From the IMG/VR virus record IMGVR_UViG_3300028129_000010, positions 1-64,000 of that record: 64,000 nucleotides of DNA. One strand, given 5' to 3'. Below the pieces are notes generated by a model. The model was not told the DNA's origin. It made no database searches and worked only from the letters and a program-made list of their open reading frames with translations. Positions 61,175 through 64,000 of the stretch are shown piece by piece. This DNA is from a virus (Duplodnaviria > Caudoviricetes). The translations under genes were made by a program, and so were the position numbers. Positions within the stretch are counted from its first letter, which is position 1, and every line of letters starts with the position of its first letter.

Positions 61175-61390
61175 ATGGAAATAAACGATATTAAAAAAGA
61201 ATTATACAAACAAAAACCTACAGCTAACATTCTTTTTATTAGAAAAGGTGTTGCATATTACACAACAATAATTGAATTTGAAGAACAAACACATTCTGTT
61301 AGATTTGAAGTACCTGTAGACGATATGGGTGATGCTGATTTTTTCCCAGAAATGGATGGTAAATTATTAATTAGGTATATAAGTAAATAA
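61175..61390 (+). CDS. Small hypothetical protein in inverted orientation
   Basis: 71 aa with its own promoter and a bidirectional terminator. Confidence 0.7.
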   Translation: MEINDIKKELYKQKPTANILFIRKGVAYYTTIIEFEEQTHSVRFEVPVDDMGDADFFPEMDGKLLIRYISK

Positions 61391-61418
61391 AAAAAGACCT
61401 CTTAATTGAGGTCTTTTT
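61389..61418. terminator. Bidirectional terminator (copy 1)
   Basis: AAAAAAAGACCTC-TTAATT-GAGGTCTTTTT. Confidence 0.85.
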
Positions 61419-61431
61419 ATTTATTTTTTTT

Positions 61432-62067
61432 TTAATTACTAGGTATAGTACCGTTAGTTGTTGCTATATCACCACGTTTAGATTGACCCATGTATTCTAA
61501 TTTATAATCAGTAATGGTATAATCTGCATTATTACCTTCAAGTCTACCTTTTTCTTTAAGATATAATTTTTCTTCTTCAGCTTTTCTTTCTGCTTCTGAT
61601 AATTTATGGTCTTCTAGTTCATACCATGAACCCCTAGTTTTTGCAGCATAGGGTTGCATTGTCATTGTACCCCCATCATCTGTTGCTAATGTTGCATATT
61701 GATTTGGTGAAGTAGGTTCTGCTACGTCTTCGGTTCCATAAGAAAATTTATAAACATGTGGGGTTTTCTTTTGACATGAAGCGGCACCACCAACAATAGC
61801 ACAAACAACTAAAGTTTTAGCTACAGCATCTTTATAAGATTTAAATTTTTCCCCAACACCTTTAATCAAATCTTCACCTAACATATCTTCTTTAATCATT
61901 AGATTAATTTCATTTGGGTTAACACCTAATTTATCCAATTCAAGTTTAATAACATCTGGTATATCACTATTAACATCTTCATTTATTAAACCCTTTGAAG
62001 TCAAATATCTTTGTTCAGCTAATAAATTAGCCTTTCTCATGTTTTTTGTTTTATCAAATCTTCTCAT
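61432..62067 (-). CDS. Accessory protein with leader and internal lipoprotein-like signal
   Basis: MRRFDKTKNMRKANLLAEQRYLTSKGLINE; KSYKDAVAKTLVVCAIVGGAASC(98). Confidence 0.65.
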   Translation of the reverse strand: MRRFDKTKNMRKANLLAEQRYLTSKGLINEDVNSDIPDVIKLELDKLGVNPNEINLMIKEDMLGEDLIKGVGEKFKSYKDAVAKTLVVCAIVGGAASCQKKTPHVYKFSYGTEDVAEPTSPNQYATLATDDGGTMTMQPYAAKTRGSWYELEDHKLSEAERKAEEEKLYLKEKGRLEGNNADYTITDYKLEYMGQSKRGDIATTNGTIPSN

Positions 62068-62100
62068 AACAGTTTTTATTTATAAATATTAACAATATAT

Positions 62101-62130
62101 AAAAAAAGACCCCTTAATTGAGGTCTTTTT
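62101..62130 (-). terminator. Terminator after tail tube gene (copy 2, 29/30 identical to copy 1)
   Basis: AAAAAAAGACCCC-TTAATT-GAGGTCTTTTT on + strand. Confidence 0.85.
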
Positions 62131-62163
62131 AAAATATTTAAATGTTTTAATTTTAAAAATTAA

Positions 62164-62652
62164 TTAGAATAATAAAATCGCTCTATCAAACCTTAAATCA
62201 GCTGTGATATCAGCGATAGCATCATCATCCATTGATAAGTCACCAAAGTTAACGTTAGTCAACATAGTTCCTTGTAGTAACCACTTTTCAATAACAACAC
62301 CTGTTGGGTCAAGCATTTCTAAATCAACTTCTTTTTTATAACCAGCAGCATAACCTTGCCTACCAGTGATTGATTCTGATTGCAAACGCACCCATTCCAT
62401 AATAGCTTGCGCAGCTGAAGGACCAATAGGGTCTCTAAATGTAACTGAAATTGATTCCCAAGTAAATCTACCGATTACCCAGGTAGATGTGTTAAGAAAT
62501 GGAATTTCTACTTCATTTTGTGTGATTGATGGTCTAGAAGCAGACGCTAACCACCATTCTTGAATACCTAATTCAGCTGGAAATCTTAAAAGCCATCTAT
62601 TCTTTTTCTTTGGTTCGTACTGAAAGGGCATTTTCATCAATAAATCTGCCAT
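62164..62652 (-). CDS. Tail tube protein (T4 gp19-like)
   Basis: EPKKKNRW, RPSIT, GRFTWESISVTFRDPI, W.L.G..., LRFD.A. Confidence 0.93.
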   Translation of the reverse strand: MADLLMKMPFQYEPKKKNRWLLRFPAELGIQEWWLASASRPSITQNEVEIPFLNTSTWVIGRFTWESISVTFRDPIGPSAAQAIMEWVRLQSESITGRQGYAAGYKKEVDLEMLDPTGVVIEKWLLQGTMLTNVNFGDLSMDDDAIADITADLRFDRAILLF

Positions 62653-62755
62653 GTTTTATAATTTTTTTTCTTTTATTTATTATTCTTTATTAATAAATAT
62701 GTGATTTGATTTTTTTTATCTATTTTATCACATTTTATATTTATTTTTTTTAATA

Positions 62756-62779
62756 TTAAGGCTCAATTAAGAGCCCTAA
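62756..62779. other. 9-bp stem-loop between sheath and tube genes, no U tract
   Basis: TTAGGGCTC-TTAATT-GAGCCTTAA on - strand. Confidence 0.6.
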
Positions 62780-62797
62780 GATTAAATATTATATCGA

Positions 62798-64000
62798 TTA
62801 AATATCATCGAAACTTGCACCAGTGTTCATAATGTTGAACTCAACACAAATGAATTCTAAAGCTCTTGTTGGTTTCAAGAAGATTCTACCACATAATTCG
62901 TTTCTATCTCTAGATTCTGGAGAATCATCAAGAACCACTCTAAAGTCTGTAAGACCTCTATCAGCTCTAATGTTATCTAAGATTGGGTTAACAAGACCTA
63001 AGAACTGGTTTCTTACGATATCATCATTTTGTTCGAATAACAATCTGATTGATACAGCAGAAATTAATTTTCTAGCTTGTAATAAAAGTCTTCTAACATT
63101 AATTCTATTAAGAGCAGTATCTTTAACTTGAAGTGTTTTGTTACCCCAAATCTTAATACCTTCTGAAGCGAAAGTAGCAATTGGGTTAACTCTACCATCG
63201 TAAAGAGTATCTCTTTCTGCAAGTGTTAATTTCTTTCTTGCTTTAATAGCTTGAACATCACCTCTGTTTACACCAGCAACTGCGAACCATGGGAATGAAA
63301 TGTTGTCTGTAAGTGCAATGTTTCTTACTACGTCTCTTGTAGGTGGAACGTAAATGTAAACATTGTTTTCAGCATCATTAATCTGAATCCAAGGCCAGTA
63401 AGTAGCTGTATAGTTAGAGTCAAATTGACTATCAAGTGTATCAACAACATCCTCTGGTAATAAAACATCACCAGCAGCATCTGTATCTGGAGTAGTAACA
63501 ATATAAAGTGAATCCGCTCTATCTTGTTCTACCATTTCGATAGCTTCCTCTACTAAGTTACTATTATCAAAAGTATCGATACCTGGTGTAGAGAATATAT
63601 TAACATTTGTAGCTTCTGGGTTTTTGAAAGTCCAAATAGCCTCTAAATATGCGTAGTAATCAGAGTTAATACCTGTATCACCATTTGTTAATGCTCTTTG
63701 TGTAAATACATCACTTGATAAACCAGCTTGACCAGCAGTACCATTTATAATATACTTATCTCTATTTGTTCTTCTTGTTCTATGTACATCCCATCCATCA
63801 AAACCACCATATGGTGCGAATGTGAATTTTCTAGCATATACTTTTTCATAGTCAGTACCAACAACACCAGAATCACTCCTAAATTCAGCGTTACCTGTGT
63901 CAAATTCGTAAACTGGACTATAAGTACCACCAGTATTATTAATTACGATTTCAACATTATCAATAGTTGCACCAGTAGCGTCAACATCCATATGGAAACC
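62798..64000 (-). CDS. Tail sheath protein (T4 gp18-like), 5' part outside window
   Basis: YWPW, VPPT, WFAVAG..RG, NPI..F..GIKIWGNKTL..ALNRINVRRLL, FEQND. Confidence 0.96.
   Translation of the reverse strand, partial: GFHMDVDATGATIDNVEIVINNTGGTYSPVYEFDTGNAEFRSDSGVVGTDYEKVYARKFTFAPYGGFDGWDVHRTRRTNRDKYIINGTAGQAGLSSDVFTQRALTNGDTGINSDYYAYLEAIWTFKNPEATNVNIFSTPGIDTFDNSNLVEEAIEMVEQDRADSLYIVTTPDTDAAGDVLLPEDVVDTLDSQFDSNYTATYWPWIQINDAENNVYIYVPPTRDVVRNIALTDNISFPWFAVAGVNRGDVQAIKARKKLTLAERDTLYDGRVNPIATFASEGIKIWGNKTLQVKDTALNRINVRRLLLQARKLISAVSIRLLFEQNDDIVRNQFLGLVNPILDNIRADRGLTDFRVVLDDSPESRDRNELCGRIFLKPTRALEFICVEFNIMNTGASFDDI

Noticed and set aside
1-64000. tRNA/rRNA genes, diversity-generating retroelement, integrase or transposase
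   Set aside because: No cloverleaf-like intergenic sequence, reverse transcriptase motif, template/variable repeat pair or recombinase seen by eye; a covariance-model scan would be needed to exclude small RNAs.

Overview
AT-rich segment (standard genetic code, almost all genes on the - strand) of a large contractile-tailed phage with distantly T4-like gene content. The host is probably Bacteroidota, judged from repeated TTTG-N20/21-TAnnTTTG promoters, A-rich start regions without Shine-Dalgarno sites and SprB-like repeats. In the direction of transcription (right to left) the window holds tail sheath (partial), tail tube, a gp26-like chaperone, tape measure, baseplate hub/initiator genes and an amidase. 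A replication block follows (gp32 SSB, UvsX/RecA, 5'-3' exonuclease/RNase H, DnaB-like helicase, nrdB, nrdA), then gp25, gp6 and ~22 kb of baseplate/fibre genes. The left end holds RuvC, primase, a PD-(D/E)XK nuclease and the gp47/gp46 (Mre11/Rad50) pair. The main find is that the gp46/Rad50 gene is fractured inside its Walker A motif by an atypically split intein (29-aa IntN, 124-aa IntC; the C-half is missing from the ORF track). A free-standing Vsr-like homing endonuclease lies between the halves, and the C-half has its own promoter. Other leads are a probable +1/-2 frameshift in the tail chaperone, a promoter firing into an AT-only tract (candidate T4-style R-loop origin), a recurrent TATTTAT upstream motif (reverse complement of the T4 late promoter core), shared Glu-ending N-terminal leaders on accessory genes and a terminator-flanked gene cassette. 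All calls come from reading motifs by eye; no database searches were run.
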